Assembly: GCA_965644295.1 (NCBI GenBank) | Contig: CBFFRP010000151.1 | Location: 107,221 to 171,220 of the forward strand | Direction: 5' to 3' | Source: Paraphysomonas bandaiensis | Lineage: Eukaryota; Protista; Chrysophyceae | Length of the DNA: 64,000 bases | Shown here: positions 1 through 13,559 of the stretch, one piece after another | How positions within the stretch are numbered: the stretch's first letter is position 1 | How the letters are laid out: each line of letters begins with the position of its first letter | The notes under the pieces: model-generated | The model's database searches: none | What the model was told of the DNA's origin: nothing | The model's input: the letters and a program-made list of their open reading frames with translations, nothing else | Made by a program: the position numbers and the translations under genes

Positions 1-90
1 ATATGTATATATATGTGTATGTATGTATGTATGGATGGTTTAATAGAAAGATAAGTTTGAATGAGATAGAAGAGATGCGATGGATGATAA

Positions 91-330
91 CATATGAGAA
101 TATACGTAGAAGGAGACTAACATATGAGAGTATACGTAGATGGAGTCTATCATATGAGAGTACACGTAGATGGAGTCTAACATATGAGAATATACGTAAA
201 GTCTATCATATGAGAGTATACGTAAAGTCTATCATATGAGAATATACGTAAAGTCTATCATATGAGAGTATACGTAGGAGTCTAACATATGAGAGTATAC
301 GTAGGAGTCTATCATATGAGAGTATACGTA
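91..330. repeat. Minisatellite, ~26-30 bp unit CATATGAGA(G/A)TATACGTA(GA/AA)..AGTCTA(A/T), about 9 copies
   Basis: Head-to-tail units start at 91, 121, 151, 181 and onward, with no unique spacers. Each unit contains the palindromes CATATG and TACGTA. Confidence 0.9.
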
Positions 331-526
331 GAAGGAGTCCATAGTCATACAGCAGTATACATCATCCATAACATATGAAAACATACGTACACCACATATC
401 CAAGTACACACATACATACATACCCCCCCCCTCATCTACCACACTCATCTCTCAAACCACTTAAACACACATACATACTCACACACATCTCAATCTAATC
501 AACTTTCAATAATTCCATATACCCCT

Positions 527-2587
527 ATGCTCACTGCATTAACCCAATCAATCCTATCAACTTTCTATTACTATCAAGCTCTCTATGAATATATATACTT
601 ACATACTCAATACACACAATTAACTATACTACATCATGATAAATGGGCGAAAGTACATCTATATTCATTATCATTAATATTTTTATTATGGTCACAATCA
701 CATTATAGATCAAAATCATTTCAAATTGATATGATTAATAATTTAAATAATGTAGCCATACCTGGTACTGGTATACCATTAAGTTATTTTGCATTGAATT
801 GGTATATTGCATTATTTTTTATTTTATTTATTAATCCATTCATATGTTTATGTGGTGCAATAAATAAAACAAGAAATTTAAATATCAATTTAATATCTAA
901 AATTGAAAAAACATTACAATTATATATTGACCATTTATTACATCCTGATGATTGGTTTTCATTCTGGCGATTGAATTGTCGACTTGCTAGTTATCATTCA
1001 TTGTTAACTAATGCACCAGGTTATAATATTTTATATAACATGTTATATTTTTAAATGTTATGTTGTTATATATATCAGTACTTATATATGATATGTATAG
1101 TAATTTTGTATTAACGAATACAATATCTAATGTTTTTATTTGTATTCAGGCTATGCTATGGAAGATAAGTGGACATTTCTACAGGAAGGCCATAAGAGAA
1201 ATGTTCCAGTATCTCCATTCATTACTGATATGGAAGTTTTGGTATGTAAAAACAAGAATGTGGAAGGTGGTATGGGAATTCATTTCTATACCAATGCGGC
1301 TTGTGGTGGAGACTGGATATTACAGGAAAAGCTGTCTAATGCGGACTGGATGCGAGAAATTCTTCCGCCTAATGCTCCACTCTCCACTATGAGAGTCATC
1401 ACGTGCTCAACTTGGTATATACACAATGACGAAGTGGGAGGTGACGAGAACAGCGATGATGTAGTGAAGAAATATATCACGCCTTTATCCTCTGTATTGA
1501 GATTAGGTACTGGAACGTGCGTTGAATATCTATATTACAATCTGTATTTCTGATCTGCTCGTATATACTCCTATTAAATGCTATTTGTAACACTGCTTTG
1601 GGGTAGGGCGTCAGAATGCAGCTACAGACCATTCTTCTGTGCTTTTTGATGTTGACACGTCAAGTGGGACTATTCGTCGTGGAGTCACCAATGCGCAGTG
1701 GTACAGGCTAGGTTTAAGTGAAGTCGTATCCTGCCCGTGGCTGCCACCAGACGTGAGGGCTAGCTGTGATGCCTGGTGTGTAGACAATGTTGGGTGTATT
1801 GTATAATATATAGTAGAATGTGCGATTCCAGTGGCGTACACAGTAGAGCATTGCAGTACACATATCACACTTTGTAACCGCTGATCTTGCAGTGATTCCA
1901 TGAGAAACGACCAACATCAAGACGACAGTAGACACCCTGACGTTCCCAACACTACAATCACAGGGCGCATCATTCCCAACATGCAGCAGGCTCTAGATAT
2001 ATGCTCAAGGTATGTGTATGTAATTGTGTATTCATGTCATTTCGCTTCTTGTACTGGAGGTCTATTTCCTCCATTTTGGGGTATAATACGAGATACCAAT
2101 TCGACAATTGCACAGAACTTTTGTATATCTATTTCTGCATTGCACGGGTGATCCTTTTTATTGAATGCTGGCACTTTTTCTGTCCAGGTACGGTGTAATA
2201 TCTAATTTTTTCTTGGTAGGGCCCACTATGATATGATGAAAGATGTCCCCATGGTAGGATGGGATGTCACCTTTACCCCGAAGGGCGTATTTCTGCTCGA
2301 GGTAGTATGACGTCAGCATGTGGAAATTTGTTCGCACAGCTCTGTTGTGACTACCTATTCTACATTGCGTTGAAATTATATTGATATGTGCTGTACTTTA
2401 TGCCTAGTGACATATTATACGGCGCTGTGTGTGCCATCACCGTGTATCTAGCTTTCTATTCATATTCGTATGCATTTTTTAGGTCAACTTGTCGTGCAAT
2501 TTTTTTAGAGGCTCCTTCGATATACCGAAGTACATCGATATTGTCGACCAGTACTGGGCAAAATTAGAGAAGGTTAAACAGGATTAA
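527..2587 (+). CDS. ATP-grasp fold protein (sugar-transfer-associated / alpha-L-glutamate ligase-like ATP-grasp) with hydrophobic N-terminal region; spliced
   Basis: Exons ~527-1019, 1150-1506, 1607-~1752, ~1893-2008, ~2220-2301, ~2483-2587, joined by GT-AG introns (the exon 3/4 junction is uncertain). Motifs WILQEKLSN, LSTMRVIT, HPD..TTITG..IPN and VGWDVTFTPKGVFLLE|VNLSCNFF are typical of ATP-grasp enzymes. Confidence 0.75.
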
Positions 2588-2744
2588 TATTCATGCAGCA
2601 GTCGTATTGCAGTAGTCTAAGTCGAGTATTCTAAAAGGCTTCTAGAGTTTTAATAATATATAATATATACTCCTTTACCGTAGTTCTGTTTAATATTGTA
2701 TTTATAGTCTTACCACACAGCGCGCAGTATGAGAAAACATGCCG

Positions 2745-3020
2745 ACAATGTTGAGTTTTGCTGTTTGAGCAATTAAAAGCTGTAATTCTAAGGTGTTGGA
2801 ATTAAGACCGTTAGTTGAAGAATACAGTAGTGATGAGCTGTATTATGAGAAGTGATATCATGACGATGTAAGATCGTACTAGAAATGAGTGGTAGTAGAG
2901 ATAACGTGATATATTGCTTATTATATTTATTATAATCTTCTCTTATCTTAACTTGATTAACGACTGAATACACGTCCAGTTAACTTAGTAAATCATCCAA
3001 TTGTGTCATATCTTGACAGA
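2745..3020 (+). repeat. Dispersed repeat family A, copy 1
   Basis: TGTTGAGTTTTGCTGTTTG..., GACGATGTAAGATCGTAC and CACGTCCAGTTAAC blocks are shared with 13560-13890 (inverted) and 45103-45360, and partly with 33140-33298. Confidence 0.8.
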
Positions 3021-3511
3021 CAATATTGTCTATATTAGTGACATAAACGATCAACATGTCTCACTATACATGCTGGCTATATATGAAACAGACCCAAATT
3101 TTATTTAAGGATTCAATTTCTACTCAATATTTATTCTAGCCGCTATATGCGTATTGTACAGTACTGTGTTACTCGCTGTTAGTAATATCGTTTACATTTT
3201 ACATGGCTACTTCTATATACAGTGCAACTCTCAACCAATATAGTATACTAATTTTTTATACAAGTATGATACTGTGCAGATCAAATCAAGTGTACGCCTA
3301 CTAAGGTCGAACACTGTACTTCATTGTATAAAGTGGTGAGGAATGAAGAAGTACTCATACATATTGCTGACATATACATACATACTGCTGGTAAGCGGTG
3401 TTCTCAGCAAGTACAAGACCAATCCAAAAAGCGTGTGGATCTATAACAATCCATATGTATTCACCTAAGAAATGGATTTTTACATTACCGTGGTCATACG
3501 CTCAAAATGCC

Positions 3512-6500
3512 TCAGTCATGTTCTCGTGTTTCCTCACATAAATTCGCATGCTCTACCTTTCCACTACTACTATTTCTTTTGCCAGCGGCTCGATTAGAGC
3601 TCCTTGGCGAATCGGCCACATATCCCTCCTCAGAGGCAAGTCTAACGAGTTTCGTGGATATCAAACCCGACCAAGGGTTACAATCTATGGACTGCTGAAA
3701 AGCTTTCATTGCATCAATATTACGAGTGCGACCTGGTTGACAACGGACAAAAGAGTTACACAACTGCAACTTCACAGAGAATACATAACCATCGTCAGCA
3801 CGAACAATGCACACTTTCATACATATATAGCGTTTTATGCATTGGAATAAATTTACGATTAAAAACACATAGAACAGAATATATACAATCATGTAGCCAC
3901 TAGACCGAACCTTTCATTGCCATCAACGCCATGCCAGATATAGCATGAGCTCCATAATGTTTGGGCTGATATTTCAAAGCCTTTCTTGCATATCTCACAG
4001 CGCTGGCGTGTTCCTGCCGGAGTGCGCATATTGATGCTAGTTTAATATAAGCTTCTGTTAATGTGTCATCATCATCTGCTGCTTTACGAAAGAGCTCAAA
4101 TGCTTGGTCAGAATTTCCCCTGGATAACAGTGCTACAGCTTCACGCATCCTTCTGGACGCATCTACATTTTCACTGCACATCCACGCTACCCAAAGCAAG
4201 TTCTCAATAACATTGGCCTCGCTCCGATTGCTTGCAGTTTTTAACAGCAGCAAGAGGTGCTCCAATTTTAGTTGTGGTACATCTCTCGTATTCCCTTTCC
4301 TACATCTGGAGCTAATACTACTAGACCTAATCTTACTACTCTCTTGATGGCATCGAATGAAGGCAGACTGAAAAACCGAAAACATTCGCACTGTGACATC
4401 TTCACATTCTTTATATTCCTGCCGTATCGCTCGTGAATGATCATCGGATCCAAGATGAGAGTCACTGGTTGGAAAGCAAAACTGAAGTTTTTCGCGGCAC
4501 ACATAGGTTCCCGAATCAACATCAAGCCTCTTGAAGTATGTCCACAACATCTTATTGTTAATGGAACAGCTTTCTTTCGGGTCTAATGGTGCCAGATTTT
4601 CTTGGGCAACATAAAACGATTCACGTTCATTTCCGTCGCCAAGAAACTCTGCTACGTCCCCTACGTCTGGTAAGACCTACATCCAATGCTTGTCAGGTTT
4701 ACACTGTATGTATAGGTAATTTTCACCCTATAAAATGGCTGTTCCTTCCCGAGTTCTAAGTCTCGCACTCCCTCCCACCGACTAGTATCTATCGAAGGTC
4801 TTACATCCCAGCCTACAAAAGCTGTTACGCATAGACAACTACATTCGTGCAAAATAGAATAATATAGTTGCAATGATACTAAGCAGTGACACATAATGTG
4901 TATTTTGCTCGCAGAGCACATTGTCGCGCATATTTTAGAATAGCATATCTTGGTTCTACACAATGTTTCTACTATTACTACTATTCACACAGCCGTTTAG
5001 GACTAAATAGCATTCTTGCAGGATACGATTTGGGACAACAGGAGTCAGTCACACACATACACGACACTACAAATAATTCACACCTGTGCACACTCCGCGG
5101 TACCCGAACTTCTTGTGGCGCAGCACCTGTCCAACTCTAAACTTAACAGCCGGAGAGGCATAATCTTGTGGGAATTCCGTCTCTTCATTTCGTCCAGAAG
5201 TATAGGAATCCAATTTTGTTTCAAAGTACGACACCCCGCCAACATTCTGAAATCTGAGTACTAGGAGTTGTTCGAGGGCATAATAAAGAGTTGACAACTC
5301 ATTTAACATAGCATGCGCAGTCTGAGCTTGTACCTCTGCATCAGATGGTGGATAGTATGGGTTAGCCATAGGGTCTTGATCTTGGACTAGAATATCGTGT
5401 AAGGATAAAACTACTGCAGCTGCACTTTTGTTTCCAAGTATCCCTTCATTCTTTTCAGATTTTAAAGAAGATTGTGGCTTCCCATTTGATTGATATGCAT
5501 TACTATAGACATCTGATTTAACGGGACAAGCAGGCTCCACAGTACTCGTATTTGATGATTTCTCATTAGCAATTTGCAATAATTGTTCCAAATTATGGAC
5601 TGCATTCCTTACATCATCAAGTACAGCATATCCAACATGAGGAGTATTTCGATTACCCATAATACGTGCAGTTGATTCTGGTATGTATGTATATTTAGAT
5701 GATATTTCAGATTTCTTTGTATTGATAGATTCATGTATTGAATATAAATCATATGTATTCATAATACTCTTCATTTCATGTAATAACATCATAGAAAATT
5801 GATGTATTCCATTAACTGCATGATATAATGGTGTTGAATATGCTTGTATAGTCTCATGTGAATGATTTGTATGTGATAGTATGTATGATAGATCCGTAGG
5901 ATACTGCATATGTATACATCTTATAGGAATATATATACCTAAACGACAATCATATCTACAAAAATAATTTGATAATAAATTATGATGAATACGTGTATAC
6001 ATAGTATCAGTAATTACAGTAAAATCTGTTGCATTAAATGATTCTGGAATGTTCTGTAACATCTCATCATAATCATACCAATCCAATAATACATTCAAAG
6101 TTTGTTGTTTTGTCACTTCATCCACATTCCATCCACAACATACTCCACGATATCCTAATTTTTTATGTTGTATAACTTGACCAATACGTATTTTTGCATA
6201 AGGTAAAATATCAGAACGTAAACGATATTCACGTGCATTCCATTCATTTAACATTGTTTCATTTTTTGCATATAATGTTTTTAATAATAGAAAACTATCA
6301 TTTATTAATAATTGATAATCTGATGATGAATGTTCCATATATGTACGTGTAATATAAAGTATTGCAGCATATAATTTTTGTGATGTAAATACTTTTGATT
6401 GTATTGGTAAACGTTGTAATATAGTTTGACATTCATCCGTTAATGTAAATACAGATGATTTGACATATGGTTTCATTGTCCAACGTAATAATGATCGTAT

Positions 6501-6524
6501 TAATGTTTTAGATACTTTATTCAT
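3512..6524 (-). CDS. Protein with two YccV/HspQ-like (hemimethylated-DNA-binding) domains and C-terminal TPR repeats
   Basis: Exons ~6524-5085, ~4822-4727, ~4677-3912, ~3733-3512. Two copies of the motif occur: KIRIGQVIQHKKLGYRGVCCGW and KFRVGQVLRHKKFGYRGVC..VGWD...QPFYRV...YVAQENL. TPR-like helices follow (AFELFRKAADDD..TEAYIKLASI...ARKALKYQPKHYGAHAISGMAL). Confidence 0.8.
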
Positions 6525-6631
6525 AAGTAAATAATAGTGTTTTTATCTGATCACAATTGAATATAGTTTCTAATGTGGTTAGTTAATGGAGTTAATCACT
6601 TGACTTGATTGTGTATGTATGTTGGAGCTGT

Positions 6632-6735
6632 GTATTGATTGTCAGCATCTTATTTTTCGGGAATAAATTGATGCAAAAATTATCTATATTACTGTAATAT
6701 AACTACAGTTGGAATACATATAATTCTTGTCTCAA
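6632..6735 (-). repeat. Conserved ~105-bp upstream module (family B), copy 1
   Basis: The reverse complement reads TTGAGACAA..TATGTATTCCA.C.GTAGTT...TCAATTTATTCCCGAAAAATAAGATGCTGAC, matching 14495-14598 and 29600-29701. Confidence 0.8.
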
Positions 6736-7207
6736 TATTAGAGACATTTTGAAACAAAAATATACAAAGAATGACGAGACGTGTGTTTGTTGGGTCATCC
6801 AGCAGTATGTGAGGACTTGCTAACCTCTCATTTCATAACAAACCTATAAACTCTATTTTTTCTATTTTTATAATATAAAAACGGATATTTTGAATGGTCC
6901 ATATACAAACTATGTAAAATATTCGTATTTTCAATAAAATTACCTCCGAACCAGAATGCTGATCTGTGTACGTACATGTACTGTGTATATAATATATAGC
7001 CTAGAATATCTAAAAATATATATAAAAATGTGAAAATAGCCTATTTTACCATATAATATCTGGGATATTAGCTTTTTAAATGTATGATTGGTATAGAATT
7101 GATATTATCCAATTGATAAAGAATAAAAGTGGATGATTGGTTAATTACTCCATATATGTCTCCTCAATATGCAGCCTGCACATGTGCGTACAGTCCATAT
7201 GATCATG

Positions 7208-7364
7208 ATGCACATGCACATCACTGCTATGATCCCACAGCTCTCAATATGCACATGCACACCACTGCTATGATCCCACAGCTCTCAATATGCACATGCA
7301 CACCACTGCTATGATCCCACAGCTCTCAATATGCACATGCACACCACTGCTATAATCCCACAGC
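7208..7364. repeat. 41-bp tandem minisatellite, ~3.8 copies
   Basis: Unit ATGCACATGCACACCACTGCTATGATCCCACAGCTCTCAAT starts at 7208, 7249, 7290 and 7331. Confidence 0.9.
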
Positions 7365-8113
7365 ACTCTGTGCAACATATATCTTAAATAAGACACTCTT
7401 CTTTATGAACAATAGAACCAATCAAAGAATGAATGATTTACTGTATATTGCATCTATAGTGATCTAACTGTCTACACACTCTCTACTTGTTAGTTATGTC
7501 AATGCTTTAAGTAATCAGTGATAGAGTAGACAGTACTCTCCCGTCAGCAGTGAATATCTTATTCTTAGTAATTGGCGTTTATGAGTCAGCGCTTAGCTCG
7601 AATATCCTACTATTTAAAGCTACGAAAGCTGCTTGTGCGTCACCTCAAGCACAAAGGTGCAACAACTTTCGCTCTATCATTATCACTCAAAGAATGTTGA
7701 TATAATACCTGACATCGACTGATTCATGATTTTTGGGATGATTGACTTCAGCACGCAGCCCAACGCTGCGTTATCGAGATAGAGAAAGATAGCGGTGAGA
7801 GTGGAGAATATAATGTACTTATTGAGCAGATGTGGAATATAATTCATAATTCAGTGGTGTTTAGGAGCTGTATTTCATAGTATTTGCGTATTTGTTTCTG
7901 TACACAACCGTTCTCATGTAATAATCAGACTTTCCTATATATATATGCTAGATATATCAGATTCTTTTGTTAAGTATTATATGTGTCATCATCAGTTATA
8001 CTATTCATTATTCATTACAACTAAATCCATATCATATACAACAACCAAAAAAGGAGGACAGCACACCCACACACTGGCAACACAATACTACTATTTACTA
8101 CTACTATCAAAAC

Positions 8114-10339
8114 TTATGACTGTAGCTCACTCATAACTGTATTTACCATATCTATTAGTCCCTTCACGCCTGTGTTAGGACGTGGGATACCACGTACAAG
8201 GACATTATCAGGACCACCCCCTCTCGCGGCTATGTCCTTGGCACCTTTATTGAGGCCGTCCAACACCTCCTCAATCTGGCGCAATGTGGTTTCACGTGAT
8301 TCTTTCGTTGCCACTCTAGCGGCAGTCGTTTTCCTACGGGAGGCCTGTACAGCCATGGTTTCTTTGAACCCACTTGGTGATTGAGGCTTTCTTTGCCTTG
8401 CTGAGGGCTGCTGTCCATGTGATTCATCGCGGCGGGCTGTGTTACGTGCGGAACCTTTCGCACTCCCACGACCATTTCGGTCATTTTCAGCAGCAGATGA
8501 TGGACGTGTTGGAGCCTTCTTCTCTGCTTCTCTGGGCGGACATGCCAAACTCCCGTCAGTGGTGCGGCGAGGCATTTGTCGCCTCTCCGAAGCTACAGTA
8601 GGCTGGACATGATGCATTGGAGGGAAAAGGCTGCTGGACGGCACTTCGTCATGATTAGTAAGAGGATGCTGAATAGCATATCGCAGAGATCGGATAGCAG
8701 TATTCATTGCTAGTGGATAAGTTGTGAGCGTGCTTGCCTCAGTCATAGACCGACTAAATAATTCTTGAGGCACATTTTGTTGCTCAACACTAGGCAGTTT
8801 TTCACCCCGCATTTTTCGTTTTAGTTTATCGAGATCAGAGGTATCGTTCAAATTCATATCTGCCGCAACTTCAGCCATAACACTATCAGCAACCGCATTT
8901 TCACGGGTTGCCTTTTTATGGGCCGTCTCACTATTCATTCCAGTCAAAAATGTAGTTGAATCGAAGTCCAATTCTTTGAGCGAAAGAGCTTCCGTGGGAG
9001 TAGTCAAATTGTGTTTACGAGCGATGTCCACAGCTTGTGAAAATAAAGTTTTCTTGCCTTCCTCTTTAAACTCCCTTGCAGTTTTCTTAAGAGTCTCCAT
9101 CTCGTTGTCTACTTGTACGATTGAAAAGTCTTTGTATGTCGCATGTCGACCTACAGCCAGACCCCCACGGCGAAGAACTCTCTTTCTAGGCGCCTCTGTG
9201 ATAATGTCTAACGGGCGAAGGGTGTATCCATCTCTTGCAGCAATAGCGGCTTCAATGAGCTCTTCCACATATATCCCTATATATATGTTAGGGACAACCG
9301 AGATATTCACCAATGCGATCATTCACATTCATGTACATGAAATACCAATACGAAGTATACACTAAACAGTATGTATTTACCAGAGGGATCTTCTCCAGTC
9401 GCTCCTAATACAGGATTGCCATATATCATAAGAGAGAGTAATCGGGGTAGGTCAATACACGGTTCTAGGGCGCTCTCAGTACCAATGTAGTTCGATGCCA
9501 AGTCAAGAGTATCAAGAACACTACACACAATATAAAAACATTTAGTTATTGAAACCAGAATAAAAGCATGTACATATTTAAAGATAGGTCACAACTTACC
9601 GAAATTTTCCTTCTATACAAGTTTCAGGAGGAATGCATGATATTAAATTGTACGCAAGACTCAATTCTCTTAGCTTTGGCATATCACACAAATCAAAGAA
9701 TATATTATTGTCTGATATTTTATTATGCTCAAGGAGAAGACGCTCTAAACATTGGAACTTGTACATTGCAGGTGGAAGGCGATTTAACTCATTTCCGCTT
9801 AGATCGAGATCTCTTAAGTTTTTGATAGCATCCAGTGACTGAACAGAGTCCGCAGTAAGTTTGTTATAGCTAATATCCAAGTACTGCAAACGGGGAAAGC
9901 CATTTATATTTTCAATATCAGATATACAATTACAAACTATGCGTAATTCAGTCAGTCGTGGAAGCTGTTCGAAACATCTGAGGTCAAAACGATTATCTGA
10001 TACATCAAGATACAAAAGACCACTAAAAAAAAGTAAATCTTCCACCACAACAGAGTTATATCCTTGTTCAGTAACAACTGCTCGACGACTATCTTCAGGG
10101 AAACCTAATCCTGTAGCCTCTAATAGAGCAAATCCATCTAATACACGATTCACTACCGTCTCCTTTTTAATTACACTGTTATTTATATATACTGGATGAT
10201 GTTTTTTATGTTGTTTTTTCTTTTCTGGTATAGAAACTTCAATAGGGGATATAGTATGACCTTTTAAGCTTTGTATATCATGTCCTGTATGAAGTAAATG
10301 CATAGCTTGTGATGTATGACTTGTATGAGCCTTTTTCAT
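8114..10339 (-). CDS. XRRA1: XRRA1-like leucine-rich repeat protein
   Basis: Exons ~10339-9600, ~9522-9380, ~9277-8114. N-terminal VLDGFALLE..P motif is followed by LxxLDLSxNxL repeats and LYGNP-type capping (MIYGNPV), then a long disordered tail. This matches my recollection of XRRA1 architecture. Confidence 0.65.
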
Positions 10340-10740
10340 TATGTTATTAATGAATTAATGTTGTAACATAAGAGAAATGAGTGTGATTGATAAGATAGTA
10401 TGATGGAAAGGTGTATAGGAGGTTAATATTATGCAGATTGCCAGTGAGGGAGATGATAGCAAGTGTATATAGAGGTGGGTGTGTATATACACGACAGCGA
10501 TATGTATGTATAGACACCCTAACTGAAACGGCCTACAATACACAGCAACCATATACCTACATACATGTACCTATCTACTATACATGTACCTATCTACAAT
10601 ACATGTACCTACAGTACCTACTCTACATGTACCTATCTACGAATATATGCAATATGTACCTATCTACGAATATATGCAATATGTACCTACCTACAATACA
10701 TGTACAATACATGTGCCTACCTACTATATATGTACCTACA

Positions 10741-10864
10741 CATCGATTTTATTGATTACTTCATTGAAAAATCATCGTTTTCAGTGAAAAAAAGCGACTT
10801 TTTAATGAAAAAACGATGACTTTTCTGAACAAATTGATAAAATCGATGTACACAACCACCCCCA
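10741..10864. mobile_element. Palindromic hairpin MITE-like element (family C), left terminus degenerate
   Basis: CATCGATTTTAT...ATAAAATCGATG arms, inner TCATCGTTTT/AAAACGATGA arms and a terminal CACAACCACCCCC are shared with 29426-29586. Confidence 0.75.
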
Positions 10865-11480
10865 TTGTGTGTATATATGCTCTATATATAGCGTGTGTAC
10901 TGCTGTACTGTGCGACCAAACTAAAAAATTCCGATTTTGTCAATGATGTAGGTATATTCATACAATATATTCATATGAAATCCAAAACATGGAACAAAAA
11001 ATACGGATTTTCAACAACTATCAAGAGGTCATGTGTCCATAAGTACAGTGAGCAGGAGTATATACAAAGTACTCATACTACACATGTACTATCCTACCCA
11101 ATCATAAGTACCTCTCCACAATATAGTGAAGTACCTTCCTTGTTATCTTTACTATGCCTACAAGAGATACAGAAAGTGTGGCATTTACATACAACAGTGT
11201 CCCCACAAGATATCAAAGTGACTACAAGTATCACCTACTAGTGTCTCTATAAGATATTCTATCACATAATGTTCTTTGAAATGTCCTGGAATTGGCTTGT
11301 GTAACTCCACATTATGACCATAATATACACACACATCAGCATAAGCATCTTATCACATACACTACCATCAATCATATCTCATCATATCCATCATATCTCA
11401 TCATATCCATCATATCTCAGTTAGATCTTATAACAGACTCTACATTATTGCAAAGATAAGTCTAGATCGTTATTATTATC

Positions 11481-13072
11481 ATGTCAAATATGGCGAGATC
11501 TTCATATGAGAGTGTTATGGAGTGTATTGAGAGTGTTACTCATGACTGTATTGGGAGTGCTAATGACTGTATTGAGAGTGTTACTCATGACTGTATTGGG
11601 AGTGCCAATGACTGTATTGAGAGTGTTACTCATGACTGTATTGGGAGTGCCAATGACTGTACTGAGAGTGATAATGAGGACATGTAATGTATATGTATAC
11701 AGTGATGCACTGTATATGTATATACTGTCATAATATTAGCCTACAGGTCATATGGTGGTATATCTCAAGCGAGCATTACATCATCTCAATGGGGACATTT
11801 CGATACTGAAGATCTCAGTTTCAACTCTTTTACATGTTTTGAACCGACCGGTCATACTTGTAACAGTGATCCAATGACCTCTCAATCTCAAACATCATCA
11901 TTATTATCATCATCATCACAGAGTACCTCATTAAATATGAGTCATACTTGTATCAGTGATCCAGTGATCTCTCAATCTCAATCATCATCACAGAGTACCT
12001 CATTAACTATGGCTCTTACACCTACAGTAAATGGCATAATAAAAGCGTATATTGGATCGACGCTTTGTATGAAACTTCCGGATTTATGGTAGTATTTTAT
12101 TTTTAGTGCTTTTGAATGATATAATAATTAACTGTAGGAACGTGCCTCACAGATCGAGTATTTCATTGCATACGAAACAGGACAATAAGAGAGTTGATAT
12201 GGTATGTTTTAAGAAGATTCTCACTGTGATTTGTTAATCATCTTCTTAATTAGGAAGTTACTGCCGTGGGATATTTGGATAAAAGTGTTGGAATTTGCCT
12301 TCGCATATTTAATTCGGAGAACAATAAGTCCTTGCTTGGAAAAGAATTATCTCTATCAGTCCCGACTTTAACTATCAATTGTTGTTGTCGTCTAATGGAC
12401 TGGAGAGTTGTTATTCGTAACTTGAAAGAAACTGAAACAACACAGTACGTTAAAAACCCCGCACCTAATAATTATAAGGAAATTAGATTCAGTATTGAAG
12501 ATACTGATGGTGCAACTGTTGAGAATATCGACGACGATGCTAGTATTGAGCTAATGTTATTGTTGGACAACTCAGATGGATTAAATCCTGTTCTAAAACA
12601 CGGCAAAGCTGTCGAGGTGGCACTTTTTGACGAGGAGTATAATCGCATTCCAAAACCAAAATCTGGAGAGTTCTTGCTGAAAAACTTTAAAAGTGGCAGT
12701 GATGGTTATATTGTGAAACAGAAGATACCTGAGGGGGTTCTGAGTAAAAATTATTCTAAAAGTAAGTTTACAACTCGGATCAAAGTGATGGCAGGGAATA
12801 AAGAAGTAACTTCTGATTCTGGTTCTTACATGGTTAAGGTGAGAAGTGAACCTTCGGACACTAAAAGTAAGACGAAGAGGAAGATATGTCAGTTGACGAA
12901 GACGATTACACGCGAAATTTATAAGGTACCTGATATCGATAATCCGGAGACACTGGGCCGGTTTTCGGATTTTATTTTCAAAGCTATTAGCTATTTTCTG
13001 CTATCTGGCGGAAAGCATGTTTGGGACTTTGAAGGTGAGGACAAACCATCTAAGTCGAGGAAGTTGGTGTAA
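11481..13072 (+). CDS. Uncharacterised spliced protein with N-terminal 15-aa repeats and a C-terminal globular domain
   Basis: Exons 11481-11683, ~11747-12088, ~12138-12201, ~12254-13072 join in frame through GT-AG introns (..EDM SYGG..PDLW NVPH..VDM EVTAVGYLDK..). No family recognised. Confidence 0.6.
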
Positions 13073-13559
13073 CAGATTGTGAAGATATATAAATCTTACA
13101 TTGGTAAGTTTAGAAGATATCGCGATGTATATATAATGTTACTGTATGACAGTGTCAACACGGTTGAAATTGCTAATTACTATAAAATCTTAAACTTTAG
13201 TTTGTTAAATATATTACTCTAAATTGCACAGGAATTATGTTAGAAGAGATATAGTATAATTCTGAGATTCTGAGCGATGTTGTAACACTGTGTTTGTGGT
13301 ACATCAATAGCTGGCATCAGTCAACAGCAGATTACATGCTAATTAGTTGTAATTGTAAGACAAATGTACGAAATATTCAACTACCAACATCACCATCTCC
13401 CTTATTCACTATAGCGTATACATGTAAAGATGGTAGAAGTTCAACAAATTCCTGAACAAAGAGTTTATTGGGCCCAGTAATATTTGCAAATCCATGGTTC
13501 TTCGAAGCACGGGTTTATAGTATGCTGAGTTCCCTGGGATATAAGATATAATCAATCCC

